The position numbers and the translations under genes are program-made. Source: Candidatus Binatia bacterium (GTDB lineage Bacteria > Desulfobacterota > Binatia > HRBIN30). From it: 64,000 bases of DNA. The stretch lies in NCBI GenBank assembly GCA_026004215.1, contig BPIR01000003.1, positions 250,879 through 314,878 of the forward strand. Direction: 5' to 3'. Shown one piece after another: positions 37,372 to 46,143 of this stretch. Position 1 is the stretch's first letter. Each line of letters starts with the position of its first letter. The notes under the pieces were generated by a model, which was not told the DNA's origin, made no database searches, and worked only from the letters and a program-made list of their open reading frames with translations.

Positions 37372-37395
37372 GTGCAGTGATCGGTCTCACTGCAC
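37372..37395. promoter_or_regulatory. perfect 9-bp inverted repeat just upstream of the cohesin-dockerin gene start
   Basis: GTGCAGTGA-TCGGTC-TCACTGCAC, ending 8 nt before ATG 37404. Could be an operator or a 5' UTR hairpin. Confidence 0.3.
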
Positions 37396-37403
37396 GAGCG
37401 GGC

Positions 37404-39734
37404 ATGAGCGTGAACGAATATCGGCATCGAACGATCGGCTTCCGTTGGGCGTTGCTTTCGCTGGTGGTTTGGCCAATTGCCGTCGCGGGGCAGACCCGTA
37501 ACGTGAGCTTGCAGCCCGGAGTCGCTGCTGTGGGCCTGGGTTCGCCCGTGACCCTGGAAGTGCGCGTAGACGATCCGAGTCAAATCATCGCCTACAACTT
37601 GGGGATAAGTTACGACTCTGCGTTGCTGGCGGTGAACAGCGACCTTGTGTTCAGCGTGCCCGGATGCCTAGCGCAAGGGAACCGGCAGGACCCGGGCAAA
37701 ATATGCATCGCTATCGCTTGCCCCAACGCGTTATCGGGGTCCAATGTGAAACTCGCAGAAATCGCCTTCACGGGGCTGGCCAATGGCCTTACCGCAGTCA
37801 GTTTCGCGAACGTCACCTGCGGCTCCAGCAGCGTGCCCGCTTGCTTGTTGGAAAAGGACGGGGGCGGCTCGTTGAGTTGCGCCACTACGGGTGCATCCGT
37901 TCAGGTCGGGGCGACGCCAACACCTAGCCCAACCTCGACGTTCACCAGTAGCGTGACCCCTACGCTAACCGCCACCCTCACCCCAAGTCGGACGCCAACG
38001 AGAACACCCACTCCGACGAATACGCAGACACCCACCCGAACTCACACTCCGACGCGCTCACCCACGAACACGCCCACTCCCACGAATTCGCCCACCGCGA
38101 CGCGCACCGACACCGCAACTCCAAGCCCCAGTTCCACTCCGTCCCCAACGAACACTCCAACTACCACGGCAACATCCAGCCCGAGCTTTACGCGCACGAA
38201 TTCGGCCACGCCCACTGTTTCCGCGACTGCGACGGCGAGCCCGACCCGGTCCTTTACGCCGTCGGCGACAGCTTCCAGGACCGCAACGGTGACTTTTACC
38301 GCCACGCGAACCGCAACGCCTACCCCGAGCGCGACTATGTCAGCGACAGCCACGCACACGCGTACGCCAACGCGGTCGGGCACGCCGACGCCTACGGCCA
38401 CGCCTAGCGTGACCCGCTCCCCCACGGCGACGGTAACCGGCACCTTACCGCCTACTTTCTCGCCAACGCGTTCGTTCACCCCGACTTTAACGGCTACCTT
38501 GTCGGCGACGCCGACGCGAACGTTTACGCCGAGCCCGAGCCCGACGCACACGTTCACTCAGTCGCCCACGCCGAGCCCCTCGGCCACTCGTTCGCCGACT
38601 TTTTCTCCGAGCCTCTCGCCGACTCGTTCCTTCACCTCGACCCCATCGCCCACTTCGACACACAGTCCAACGGCCCCGGCTTCGCCGACGCCTTCACCCA
38701 CCTTCACGCGCAGCCCGACAGCCACTCGCTCGGCGACGGCATCGCCGACACGGACAGTTCCCTTCACGGCGACTCCCACGCGCACGGGCACCTTCACAGC
38801 TTCGGCGACGCAAACCCGAACGGGCTCTCCAACGGGCACCCCTTCGGGAACATCCACGCCGACATTCACGCTGCCGCCGGCGTTTACGGCTACCGCCACG
38901 CGTACTTCTGCGACACCGTTGACCCAATCGCCGACCAGTACCCCGACTCGTCCCACCACTCCGACGAACACAAAACCACCGACGATTACGCCAACCCCCA
39001 CCCACACCACCACCGCCAGCGCCACGATTTCCCCAAGCCCGACTTGGTCCCCGAGCGTGACGCCGACTTCCTCAGCTACGCCGTCAGTCACGGAAAGCCC
39101 GAGCCCGACGAGTAGTCCAACCCTGACGGAGACCGAAACGCCAACCCCGAGTGCAACGGAAAGCCCGAGCCCGACTCTCACTCCAACTTCAACGGCGGAA
39201 CCTACCCCCACTGCATCGTGGAGTCCCACGTTCTCTCCGGCACCGACGGAAACTGCCACCGCTACGCCGACGGCCGTTCCCACGGAAACGGCCACCGCTA
39301 CACCGCTCGCCTCGCCTGCGGAGACGCCCTCGCTGACGCCGTCACCGGAGTTGCCCACCGAGTCGCCTACGCCAAGTCCAACGGTGTCGCCCACGTTCTC
39401 TCCGTCTGAAGGGCCGACTCCGACGGAGACTCGCGAACCCACGCCCACGGTCACCGCTACGGCAACCGTGGAAGAACCGGTGGCGACGCCCACGATGACG
39501 CCAACAGCGGGTTTGACGGTGTGTCCCGGAGACTGTGACGGGGATGGTCAGGTGGCAGTGTTCGAGATCGTCCGCATGGTGAACGTGCTGCTAGGTGCCT
39601 TGCCTGTGGATGCTTGTACCGCGGGAGACCTGTGCGGCGACGGTCGAATTACCATCGATGAAGTGATCTTGGCGGTGCGCGCGTTACTGCAGGGATGCCC
39701 GTTCCCGGTCAACCCCGACCGTTGTGGGCCGTGA
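37404..39734 (+). CDS. secreted cohesin-like domain - about 530-aa PT linker - dockerin-like domain protein
   Basis: Start at ATG 37404 (signal [18 protein letters not shown]). Cohesin-like pattern [32 protein letters not shown]...[21 protein letters not shown]-terminal dockerin pair [22 protein letters not shown] / [21 protein letters not shown]. Confidence 0.75.
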   Translation: MSVNEYRHRTIGFRWALLSLVVWPIAVAGQTRNVSLQPGVAAVGLGSPVTLEVRVDDPSQIIAYNLGISYDSALLAVNSDLVFSVPGCLAQGNRQDPGKICIAIACPNALSGSNVKLAEIAFTGLANGLTAVSFANVTCGSSSVPACLLEKDGGGSLSCATTGASVQVGATPTPSPTSTFTSSVTPTLTATLTPSRTPTRTPTPTNTQTPTRTHTPTRSPTNTPTPTNSPTATRTDTATPSPSSTPSPTNTPTTTATSSPSFTRTNSATPTVSATATASPTRSFTPSATASRTATVTFTATRTATPTPSATMSATATHTRTPTRSGTPTPTATPSVTRSPTATVTGTLPPTFSPTRSFTPTLTATLSATPTRTFTPSPSPTHTFTQSPTPSPSATRSPTFSPSLSPTRSFTSTPSPTSTHSPTAPASPTPSPTFTRSPTATRSATASPTRTVPFTATPTRTGTFTASATQTRTGSPTGTPSGTSTPTFTLPPAFTATATRTSATPLTQSPTSTPTRPTTPTNTKPPTITPTPTHTTTASATISPSPTWSPSVTPTSSATPSVTESPSPTSSPTLTETETPTPSATESPSPTLTPTSTAEPTPTASWSPTFSPAPTETATATPTAVPTETATATPLASPAETPSLTPSPELPTESPTPSPTVSPTFSPSEGPTPTETREPTPTVTATATVEEPVATPTMTPTAGLTVCPGDCDGDGQVAVFEIVRMVNVLLGALPVDACTAGDLCGDGRITIDEVILAVRALLQGCPFPVNPDRCGP
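37911..39510 (+). repeat. Pro/Thr/Ser-rich linker coding region (about 530 codons)
   Basis: Runs from [18 protein letters not shown]... to ...[14 protein letters not shown]. The antisense strand gives long GV-rich pseudo-ORFs. Confidence 0.9.
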
Positions 39735-39765
39735 ACGCAGCCACAAGCGGGCGCTGCGAATACTC

Positions 39766-40953
39766 TCAAATGTATGGTTCCAGCGCGTGCGCCAGTGCGC
39801 GCGCCAGTTGGCGCGGCGTACGAGCGGCGAGGGTCTTTGAACAGTGACGCGCATAGCGCGGGAAAGCACTATCTCCGCTGCCCCAGCGCGCGGGGTCCTC
39901 CGGCTGAATCCACACCACAGCGCGCGACCTTTGGTGGATTGCCCGGAGGAGCTCCGCTCTCGGCGGGCGGTAGTTGTTGCGCCCGTCGCCCAGCACGAGC
40001 ACGACGGTGTTGCGATCGATCTCCTTCGCGCGTTCGGCGTAAAAGACCTGAAGCACGGCGCCAAAGTCCGAGCGCGCGTGGGGATCGAACGGCGTGCAGG
40101 GGAAGGCGCGGTCGCCCCGAACCTCCAACTCGACCAGGGAGTCTACGAACCCGTAAAACCGGGCCCTGCGAAACAACGGGCGCGCCGATGCGAGCAACGC
40201 GAGAAAGAATTCGCTGGCCGATGCCACCGAGTAGGAAAGATCGCAAAACGCCACCAGCTTGTTGTGCCGCGGGCGCCTGCGCCGCACCACCGGTCGCAGA
40301 AAAATCCCGCCCGAAGAGACCGCTTTGCGGAAGGTTGCACGGAAGTCCAACGAGCCGCGGCGAGCCCGCTTTTTTCTCCGCGCGAGGCGGCACCGAAACA
40401 GCCGGCTGAGCTTGGCCATGGGTTCGCGGAGCTCCTCGATCATCAGAGGGTCGAGGTGCAGCCAGGGACGGTCCCAACCGACCTGGCGAGCCGTATCCTC
40501 GCCGCCGGTGAAAGGTTCCGGCTTTTGCAGCGGCGAATTCTCGGGTCCGTCCGCCACCCACAATTCGCGGGTCGGTCCGGCTTCGCGCTGGCTTTGTGCG
40601 CGGATGAGCTCGCGGAGAGAGCGTGCCCGACCGCGTGTGCGGCGGGCTTCGGTCCGAGGGACATCACCGCGGCCGTTTGCCCGACCCGCAAAGGCGCCTG
40701 AGTCAGACCGGCGGGGGCGGCGCCGCCTTTCCGTTGTAGCCGGGGGAAGTGGGAAAAATCGTTCGAACAACGCGTCGAACATCGAACGCTGCTCCGCCGT
40801 TTTGACGAGGCTTGCCGCCAGCGTTGCTCGCAACACGGCTCGGTCGATCCCCAAGGCAGCCACCCCCTGGAGGGCGTCCGCAACTTCGGCCGGGCTAACG
40901 TCCACGCCGTGTTCGCGCAAAGCCTGGACAAAGGCGAGAAGCCGCCGTTGCAC
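39766..40953 (-). CDS. VWA domain protein, CoxE-like
   Basis: LDFRATFRKAVSSGG...RRRRPRHNKLVAFCDLSYSVASAS (DxSxS MIDAS-like)...VVLVLGDGRNNY...AVVWIQPE. Lies 11 nt downstream of a MoxR gene. Confidence 0.7.
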   Translation of the reverse strand: MQRRLLAFVQALREHGVDVSPAEVADALQGVAALGIDRAVLRATLAASLVKTAEQRSMFDALFERFFPLPPATTERRRRPRRSDSGAFAGRANGRGDVPRTEARRTRGRARSLRELIRAQSQREAGPTRELWVADGPENSPLQKPEPFTGGEDTARQVGWDRPWLHLDPLMIEELREPMAKLSRLFRCRLARRKKRARRGSLDFRATFRKAVSSGGIFLRPVVRRRRPRHNKLVAFCDLSYSVASASEFFLALLASARPLFRRARFYGFVDSLVELEVRGDRAFPCTPFDPHARSDFGAVLQVFYAERAKEIDRNTVVLVLGDGRNNYRPPRAELLRAIHQRSRAVVWIQPEDPARWGSGDSAFPRYARHCSKTLAARTPRQLARALAHALEPYI

Positions 40954-40964
40954 GCCGACCCACC

Positions 40965-41849
40965 TCAGCCCGCGCGCCCGGCGCTACCACCGACGAGCGA
41001 TAGCCAGCGTTGCTGGACCAGGGCGAGATCTTCCTCGTGCTTGAACAGCACACCCAAGATTGCGCGGGCCTTGGGGTCTTTGAGTTCGGAGATGCCCAAC
41101 GCCAGCAAAGCCTCTGCCCATGCAATGGTTTCTGCCACGCTCGGCTTCTTGCGCAGTTCCAGACGGCGTGCGGCTTGCACGCACCGCACAATGTGTTCGG
41201 CCAGCCGAGGTTCGAGCTGGGGAACCTTGAGCCGTACAATGGCCGCCTCTCGTTCCGGAGAAGGGAAGTCGAGAAAAAAGTACAAACAGCGCCGCCGCAG
41301 AGCGTCGGAAAGCTCGCGGCTACGATTGGAGGTCAGAATCACGGTGGGGCGATGCCGGGCTTGAATGGTGCCGAGCTCCGGAACGGATATTTGGAATTCT
41401 CCGAGAAATTCGAGCAAAAATGCCTCGAACTCCTCGTCTGCCTTGTCCACCTCGTCCACCAACAACACCGCCGGCTCGGCGCTCCTTAGAGCCTTGAGAA
41501 GCGGCCGGTCCAGCAAGTACTCCTCGGTAAAGATCTCATCGCGGAGAGCGCTCCATGGCGCGTCTCTTCGTTGGTCCACCTGCAAGCGCAGCAACTGCTT
41601 GTGGTAGTTCCACTCGTACAAGGCCTTGGCCTCATCCAACCCCTCGTAACACTGGAGGCGGTACAGCGGCCGATCGAGAGCTTCGCTCAACGCCCGGCCA
41701 ATGTCGGTCTTGCCGGCGCCCGCCGGACCTTCGACGAGGAGCGGCCGTTCGAGTGCCAGGCAAAGGTGCAGAACGGTAACGAGTTCCGGCGGCGCGATGT
41801 ATCGCGCCCGCTCCAAGGCTTGTTGCAGGTGTCCCAGATGCGCTGGCAT
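40965..41849 (-). CDS. MoxR-family AAA+ ATPase (CoxD-like)
   Basis: Start at ATG 41849. Walker A LLVEGPAGAGKT, Walker B LLVDEVDKA, and SNRSRELSDALRRRCLYFFLDFP typical of MoxR. Confidence 0.8.
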   Translation of the reverse strand: MPAHLGHLQQALERARYIAPPELVTVLHLCLALERPLLVEGPAGAGKTDIGRALSEALDRPLYRLQCYEGLDEAKALYEWNYHKQLLRLQVDQRRDAPWSALRDEIFTEEYLLDRPLLKALRSAEPAVLLVDEVDKADEEFEAFLLEFLGEFQISVPELGTIQARHRPTVILTSNRSRELSDALRRRCLYFFLDFPSPEREAAIVRLKVPQLEPRLAEHIVRCVQAARRLELRKKPSVAETIAWAEALLALGISELKDPKARAILGVLFKHEEDLALVQQRWLSLVGGSAGRAG

Positions 41850-41883
41850 GGCAACGGGATGCTTGCAGCGGGCGACCAGTTTC

Positions 41884-42882
41884 TCAACCGGTTGTACCTG
41901 CCTGCGGGCAGCCTTGGGTCGCGCTGCGAGGTCTCCCGCCCAGTTGCACACCACCCTCGACGAGGATCCGGCGCAGGTGTTGGATGCTGATATCGCGCAC
42001 GATGGCGCGTTGCAAAAGCGCCGTGCGCAAGCTCCGTAACGACCAGTACGGCCGCGCAAATCCGAATTCGGCTGGCGACCGAGAGGCCAGCGCCAAAATG
42101 TTCCGCCGAACTTCGGGCGTGAAGCGTAACGGTCGCATCGGCCGGCGAGGGGCTTGCAGGCCCAGAAGTCCGCGGTTGCGAAAACGCCGCAACCAGTGCC
42201 GGACAGAAGAACGGCCCATTCCTACAGCGGCGGCAATCTCTGCTTCGTCGAGCCCATTAGCGCGAGCGAGCACAATGCGCGCGCGGCGCGCGACCTCCGT
42301 TGGAGCGTGTGCCACCAGATGCTCGAGCCCGGCCCGTTGTTCGGGCGTGAGTTGCAGTGGAGCACTGCGCTTGCGCTGCCAAAATTCACGGGGAAGAGGA
42401 GTCCCGCGGAGGATTTGGCGCAAGCCTTCGACGCTGATATGTTTGACCAGACCTCTGCGGAGGATATGCAACTGCAGCTTCCGCAGCGACCAGCCTGCGA
42501 AGGGCTCACCCGCCGCACTGGGTGGACTCATCGCAATGCGAATAATGGCATCGCGCACGCTTCCCGTTACTCGCCGGGTTCCCGCCCTGGAAGAAGCATC
42601 GTGCAGCCCCGCAAGTCTCGTTTCCACGAAACGCCGTAACCAGCGGCGCACCGTCACGCGGCTCACCCCCACCTGCCGGGCGATCGCGCTCAGAGACTCG
42701 CCTCGCGCCCGTAGCAGCACAACACGGGCACGCCGTGACAGCGAGGGAGAGCCCTCCTGCCCGAGCCAGTGCAGCTCGGCTGCCTCGTCGTCGCGCAAGT
42801 GCACAAACCCGGGTAGCTGTTCCGAAACTCCCTTCGGAGTGCGCTGCGTACTCTTGACTCGGCCCACCCTCTCGACGGCCAT
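41884..42882 (-). CDS. tandem helix-turn-helix protein (two IS630-transposase-N-terminal-like HTH modules, no DDE domain)
   Basis: Two copies of the pattern RRARVVLLRARGESLSAIARQVGVSRVTVRRWLRRF / RRARIVLARANGLDEAEIAAAVGMGRSSVRHWLRRF, each followed by a winged-helix-like segment. No catalytic domain follows. Start uncertain (ATG 42882 or TTG 42927); see the upstream in-frame ORF. Confidence 0.6.
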   Translation of the reverse strand: MAVERVGRVKSTQRTPKGVSEQLPGFVHLRDDEAAELHWLGQEGSPSLSRRARVVLLRARGESLSAIARQVGVSRVTVRRWLRRFVETRLAGLHDASSRAGTRRVTGSVRDAIIRIAMSPPSAAGEPFAGWSLRKLQLHILRRGLVKHISVEGLRQILRGTPLPREFWQRKRSAPLQLTPEQRAGLEHLVAHAPTEVARRARIVLARANGLDEAEIAAAVGMGRSSVRHWLRRFRNRGLLGLQAPRRPMRPLRFTPEVRRNILALASRSPAEFGFARPYWSLRSLRTALLQRAIVRDISIQHLRRILVEGGVQLGGRPRSATQGCPQAGTTG

Positions 42883-42939
42883 CGTGGACAGCTTGCTTTT
42901 AGCCGGATTACGGCCGAGAACAAGCAAAATGGAGCGGGC

Positions 42940-43098
42940 TCAGACTTCGTCCCAGAAAAAGCTCGCGCGCGTGATCGAATCGAGCGGGGGTACATCCTGA
43001 GGCGCGTACGGTGCCACAGGGGCCTGCCCTACAAGTGGGTCCGCTGGCCGTCGCTCTCTCCGGCGGCGTTCGAGCTTGGGCAATTCGATCTCCGTCAT
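42940..43098 (-). CDS. 52-codon ORF with strong SD, in frame with the HTH gene and separated from it by a single TGA
   Basis: GGAGGATGAG precedes ATG 43098. Sequence MTEIELPKLERRRRERRPADPLVGQAPVAPYAPQDVPPLDSITRASFFWDEV, then TGA at 42940-42942. Below the size cut-off of the ORF track. Confidence 0.3.
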   Translation of the reverse strand: MTEIELPKLERRRRERRPADPLVGQAPVAPYAPQDVPPLDSITRASFFWDEV

Positions 43099-43304
43099 CT
43101 CATCCTCCGTGCTGTGATGACGGACTGCAATGTCCGAGCCATGCGCCCGGCTGTCCTGGGGCCGAGGAATTCAGGCCGAGTAGTCTGCAAAATGAGCCGC
43201 TCCGGAAATTCGGGGTCGCCAAAACGGTACAGGTATGGCGCGGGAATGGGCGGTTTGGCGGCGGCTTGCTCAGGAGCGCGTTGGGTAGGGGGTAACGGCG
43301 GGCG

Positions 43305-43961
43305 TCAGCGTTGCGGGCGTGCTTGGGTTTGCTGCATCAGACGATCGACAATTTCAACGGTCCGGTTTGCAGCGCGCTCGGCGGCCTCGCTTTGCCGCAC
43401 CGCGTCCTCCGCGGCTGCAGCCGCGCGGTCGGCGGCGGCCTCCACGCGTGCGACGAGTTCTTCGAGCGAGGGTTTGGGAGCCGGAGCCGATTTGGCTTCT
43501 GCTGCAGGTGCGGCGGCATTTTCCGGTGCCGGCGGGGGTTCGGGGGGATTCAGTGCCAGCTCGATCTCGAGCCGTTTACTCGCTGGAATCCCGCCCGTGA
43601 ATTTCAGAATGCCCAAATGGGGATACGCTTCCGGCAACGTCAGCGCGCGGCCAAAGTCTACCTCGACATTTCGGCGCAAGTAGTACAGGCGTACCTCGTA
43701 AGAATCCCAAGGCCACTCCGGGCGAATTTCCTGCACCTCGGCATAATCGGGATAGCCGTATTCTTCCAGATAGCTGCGCAACGCATCCATCTTGGCCGCT
43801 TCGCGTTCCAGCGTTGTGCGCGAAATCCGGTAGGGTTCGCCAATTTCGGTTATGTACGGGCGCCGGGCCGGAATCTCGCGCCTCACATCGGCAAACCCCC
43901 GAACCCCGCACAACAAAGCCGCCAGGGATGCGGTAGAGACGACCCAGTGAGAGTACTTCAT
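43305..43961 (-). CDS. hypothetical exported protein with Ala/Glu-rich C-terminus
   Basis: AAGGAGG upstream of ATG 43961; signal-like MKYSHWVVSTASLAALLCGVRG. No family recognised. Confidence 0.55.
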   Translation of the reverse strand: MKYSHWVVSTASLAALLCGVRGFADVRREIPARRPYITEIGEPYRISRTTLEREAAKMDALRSYLEEYGYPDYAEVQEIRPEWPWDSYEVRLYYLRRNVEVDFGRALTLPEAYPHLGILKFTGGIPASKRLEIELALNPPEPPPAPENAAAPAAEAKSAPAPKPSLEELVARVEAAADRAAAAAEDAVRQSEAAERAANRTVEIVDRLMQQTQARPQR

Positions 43962-44134
43962 CCGAGAGACCTCCTTACGCTTGGCGAGCGTACGGAAGGC
44001 TGGTTGCACGGTCAAGCAGAAATTGTCTGCATGTGTGCGATCGAATATTGGCCGTCGCTTGCCTCGGGAAAGTCAGTCCGCTTAGGAGTTCCCTGGCGCT
44101 TGTGTCGCACAGTGCTCCACAGGAGTGAAGAGTT

Positions 44135-45157
44135 ATGGGCATCGTTCGAGGCGAGGAATTGACCTACACGAAGCTGCAACAGTTGGACTTCAGCCGCACG
44201 CTTTGCCTGCAGTCCGTCAGTGCCTTGGAAGTCCATGGGCCGCACTTGCCCCTGGGCATGGACCTGTTCATGGCGCGGTGGATGGCCGAAGAAGCAGGCC
44301 GGAGATTCGCCGAAGCACATCCGGACTGGACCGTCGTTCTCCAGCCGCATCTTCCGGTGGGTACGGACGAGCTGCCCCTCCCTGGCTCCATGCGGGTCGG
44401 TCCAACCACCTTTTACCGCCTCCTGCGAGACCACGCGCGTTCGCTCGTGGAAGCGGGATACCGCTACATCGTGCTGACCAACGGCCACGGCGGACCGCGC
44501 CATGCCGCGGCTATCGAGCACGTGTGCCGCGCGATCAGCAAGCGCTATCGAGTGGCGATGTTTTCGCCTTCGATCGTTGCCTTGCACCGAATCATTACCG
44601 GGGAGCGCTTTGCCGAGGTGGAAGGGCTGCTGGGGCGTGCGCTGACCGGCGAGGAAAAGGCCGGACTCCTTGCGGGCGAGCATGCGGGTGGGTGGGAGAC
44701 TGCCTTTCAGTTGGCCGCTGACGGCCGTAGTGTGGAGCCCTTCTGGAGTCAGTTGCAGCGGGACGAGCCCCCGAAATGGCGCCCGCTCGTTCGGCTTGGC
44801 GAATGGTGGATTGCCCGGGAGCAGCGCCGCGGAAGAACGGCAACAAAGATTCGCGAGCTCACCGATGGGCTTGCCGGTGGAATCGGCTGGCTTTTGAATG
44901 CGCAATACGGCTACGGTGGGCCTCCAGTGTCGTACAAGGGAACCCCTGCTGTTGCGTCGGAGGAGCTCGGTCGAGCTTTTCGAGAAATCATGGTGCGAGA
45001 CTGCCTGGAGCTGATCGAGGAAGTCACCAGTGGGAGGCGTCCGGCCGAGTCGGTTCGCAGTCTGGCGTCGGATCATGCTCCGATCCAACCGCTGTTCTTC
45101 CGGCGTCTAGGGCTGGCGGCCGTGGCGATTGTCGCTGGCCTGGTGTGGCTCTGGTGA
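44135..45157 (+). CDS. creatininase-family amidohydrolase
   Basis: LEVHGPHLPLGMD and VLTNGHGGP resemble the creatininase-family metal-site motifs (EQHGPHLPLxTD, NGHGGN). Confidence 0.65.
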   Translation: MGIVRGEELTYTKLQQLDFSRTLCLQSVSALEVHGPHLPLGMDLFMARWMAEEAGRRFAEAHPDWTVVLQPHLPVGTDELPLPGSMRVGPTTFYRLLRDHARSLVEAGYRYIVLTNGHGGPRHAAAIEHVCRAISKRYRVAMFSPSIVALHRIITGERFAEVEGLLGRALTGEEKAGLLAGEHAGGWETAFQLAADGRSVEPFWSQLQRDEPPKWRPLVRLGEWWIAREQRRGRTATKIRELTDGLAGGIGWLLNAQYGYGGPPVSYKGTPAVASEELGRAFREIMVRDCLELIEEVTSGRRPAESVRSLASDHAPIQPLFFRRLGLAAVAIVAGLVWLW

Positions 45158-45185
45158 GCACGGGGGTGGTCTCGAGGAGGTTTCC

Positions 45186-46121
45186 ATGTTGTTCGGTTTG
45201 CACACTGGCCCGCAAAATTGCACCTACGAGGAACTCGTAGACCTGTGGCGCTATGCCGATGGCGCCGGCTTCCACTGGATTTCGGTTTGGGATCATTTTT
45301 ATCCCGCCATGATTCGGCCCGAGGACGCGCAAGGGAGTTGCTTCGAGGCCGTGTCCATTATGACGGCGCTGGCAAAAGAAACCCGCCGCGTGCGGGTGGG
45401 ATGCCTAGTGTACTGCATGGCGTACCGGCATCCGGCAGTGCTGGCGAATGCTCTTGCGACCATGGATCACGTGAGTGGTGGGCGCGTCGAGGCGGGGCTC
45501 GGTGCCGGCTGGAGTCAAATCGAATTCGACGCTTATGGAATTCCCTTCCTTCCGATTCGCGATCGCCTCGACCAACTGGAAGAGGGCATTCAGGTCATTC
45601 GCTCGTTGTTGAGCGAGCCGGTGTCGAACTTCGATGGGCGTCATTACCGATTGCGGGACGCCCGCTGCGAGCCGAAGCCTTTGCAAGGGCGCTTGCGGCT
45701 GTGGGTGGGCGGGATGGGTGAGCGGCGGCTGCTCCAGATTGCGGCACGCTACGCCGACGGCTGGAATGTTCCGTTCATCGGCCCGGAACTGTTCGCGCAA
45801 AAGAATGCAGTCCTCACGCGTTGGTGTGACGAGCTGGGCCGTGATCCGGGGGACATCACTCGCACCGTCAACCTCGGTTTGGCCATTGCGCCAAACGAGA
45901 CCGAGCTGGCGAGAAAACGGGAAGGGCTACGGCAGCAGTTTGGAGCTGCGCTGGAGTTTATCGAGCCTGGGATGCTGATCGGAACGCCGGCCCAAGTGAT
46001 TGGCCGAATCGCGGAGTACCAGCGCGGCGGTGCGGACTGGATCATTGTGGCGCTCCGTGCGCCGTTCGATCGCGAGGGACTACAGCTTTTTGTCGAAGAA
46101 GTATTCCCGGCCTTCCGTTGA
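45186..46121 (+). CDS. luciferase-like (LLM class) flavin/F420-dependent oxidoreductase
   Basis: GAGGAGG upstream of ATG 45186. MLFGLHTG...GFHWISVWDHF...HPAVLANALATMDHVSGGRVEAGLGAGW is typical of the LLM family. Confidence 0.65.
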   Translation: MLFGLHTGPQNCTYEELVDLWRYADGAGFHWISVWDHFYPAMIRPEDAQGSCFEAVSIMTALAKETRRVRVGCLVYCMAYRHPAVLANALATMDHVSGGRVEAGLGAGWSQIEFDAYGIPFLPIRDRLDQLEEGIQVIRSLLSEPVSNFDGRHYRLRDARCEPKPLQGRLRLWVGGMGERRLLQIAARYADGWNVPFIGPELFAQKNAVLTRWCDELGRDPGDITRTVNLGLAIAPNETELARKREGLRQQFGAALEFIEPGMLIGTPAQVIGRIAEYQRGGADWIIVALRAPFDREGLQLFVEEVFPAFR

Positions 46122-46143
46122 TTGCCGAGAGCGTGGCTGGTGC

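Noticed and set aside
35108-39493. GV-rich minus-strand ORFs 35108..35560, 35980..37047, 38042..38557 and 38558..39493, and Arg-rich ORFs 35882..36886 and 36483..36971
   Set aside because: Antisense or shifted frames of the PT-coding repeats. The sense frames have signal peptides, folded domains and sorting or dockerin modules.
41884-42927. Calling the HTH protein a transposase or mobile element
   Set aside because: Only the N-terminal HTH-type modules are present (twice). There is no DDE catalytic region and I saw no terminal inverted repeats.
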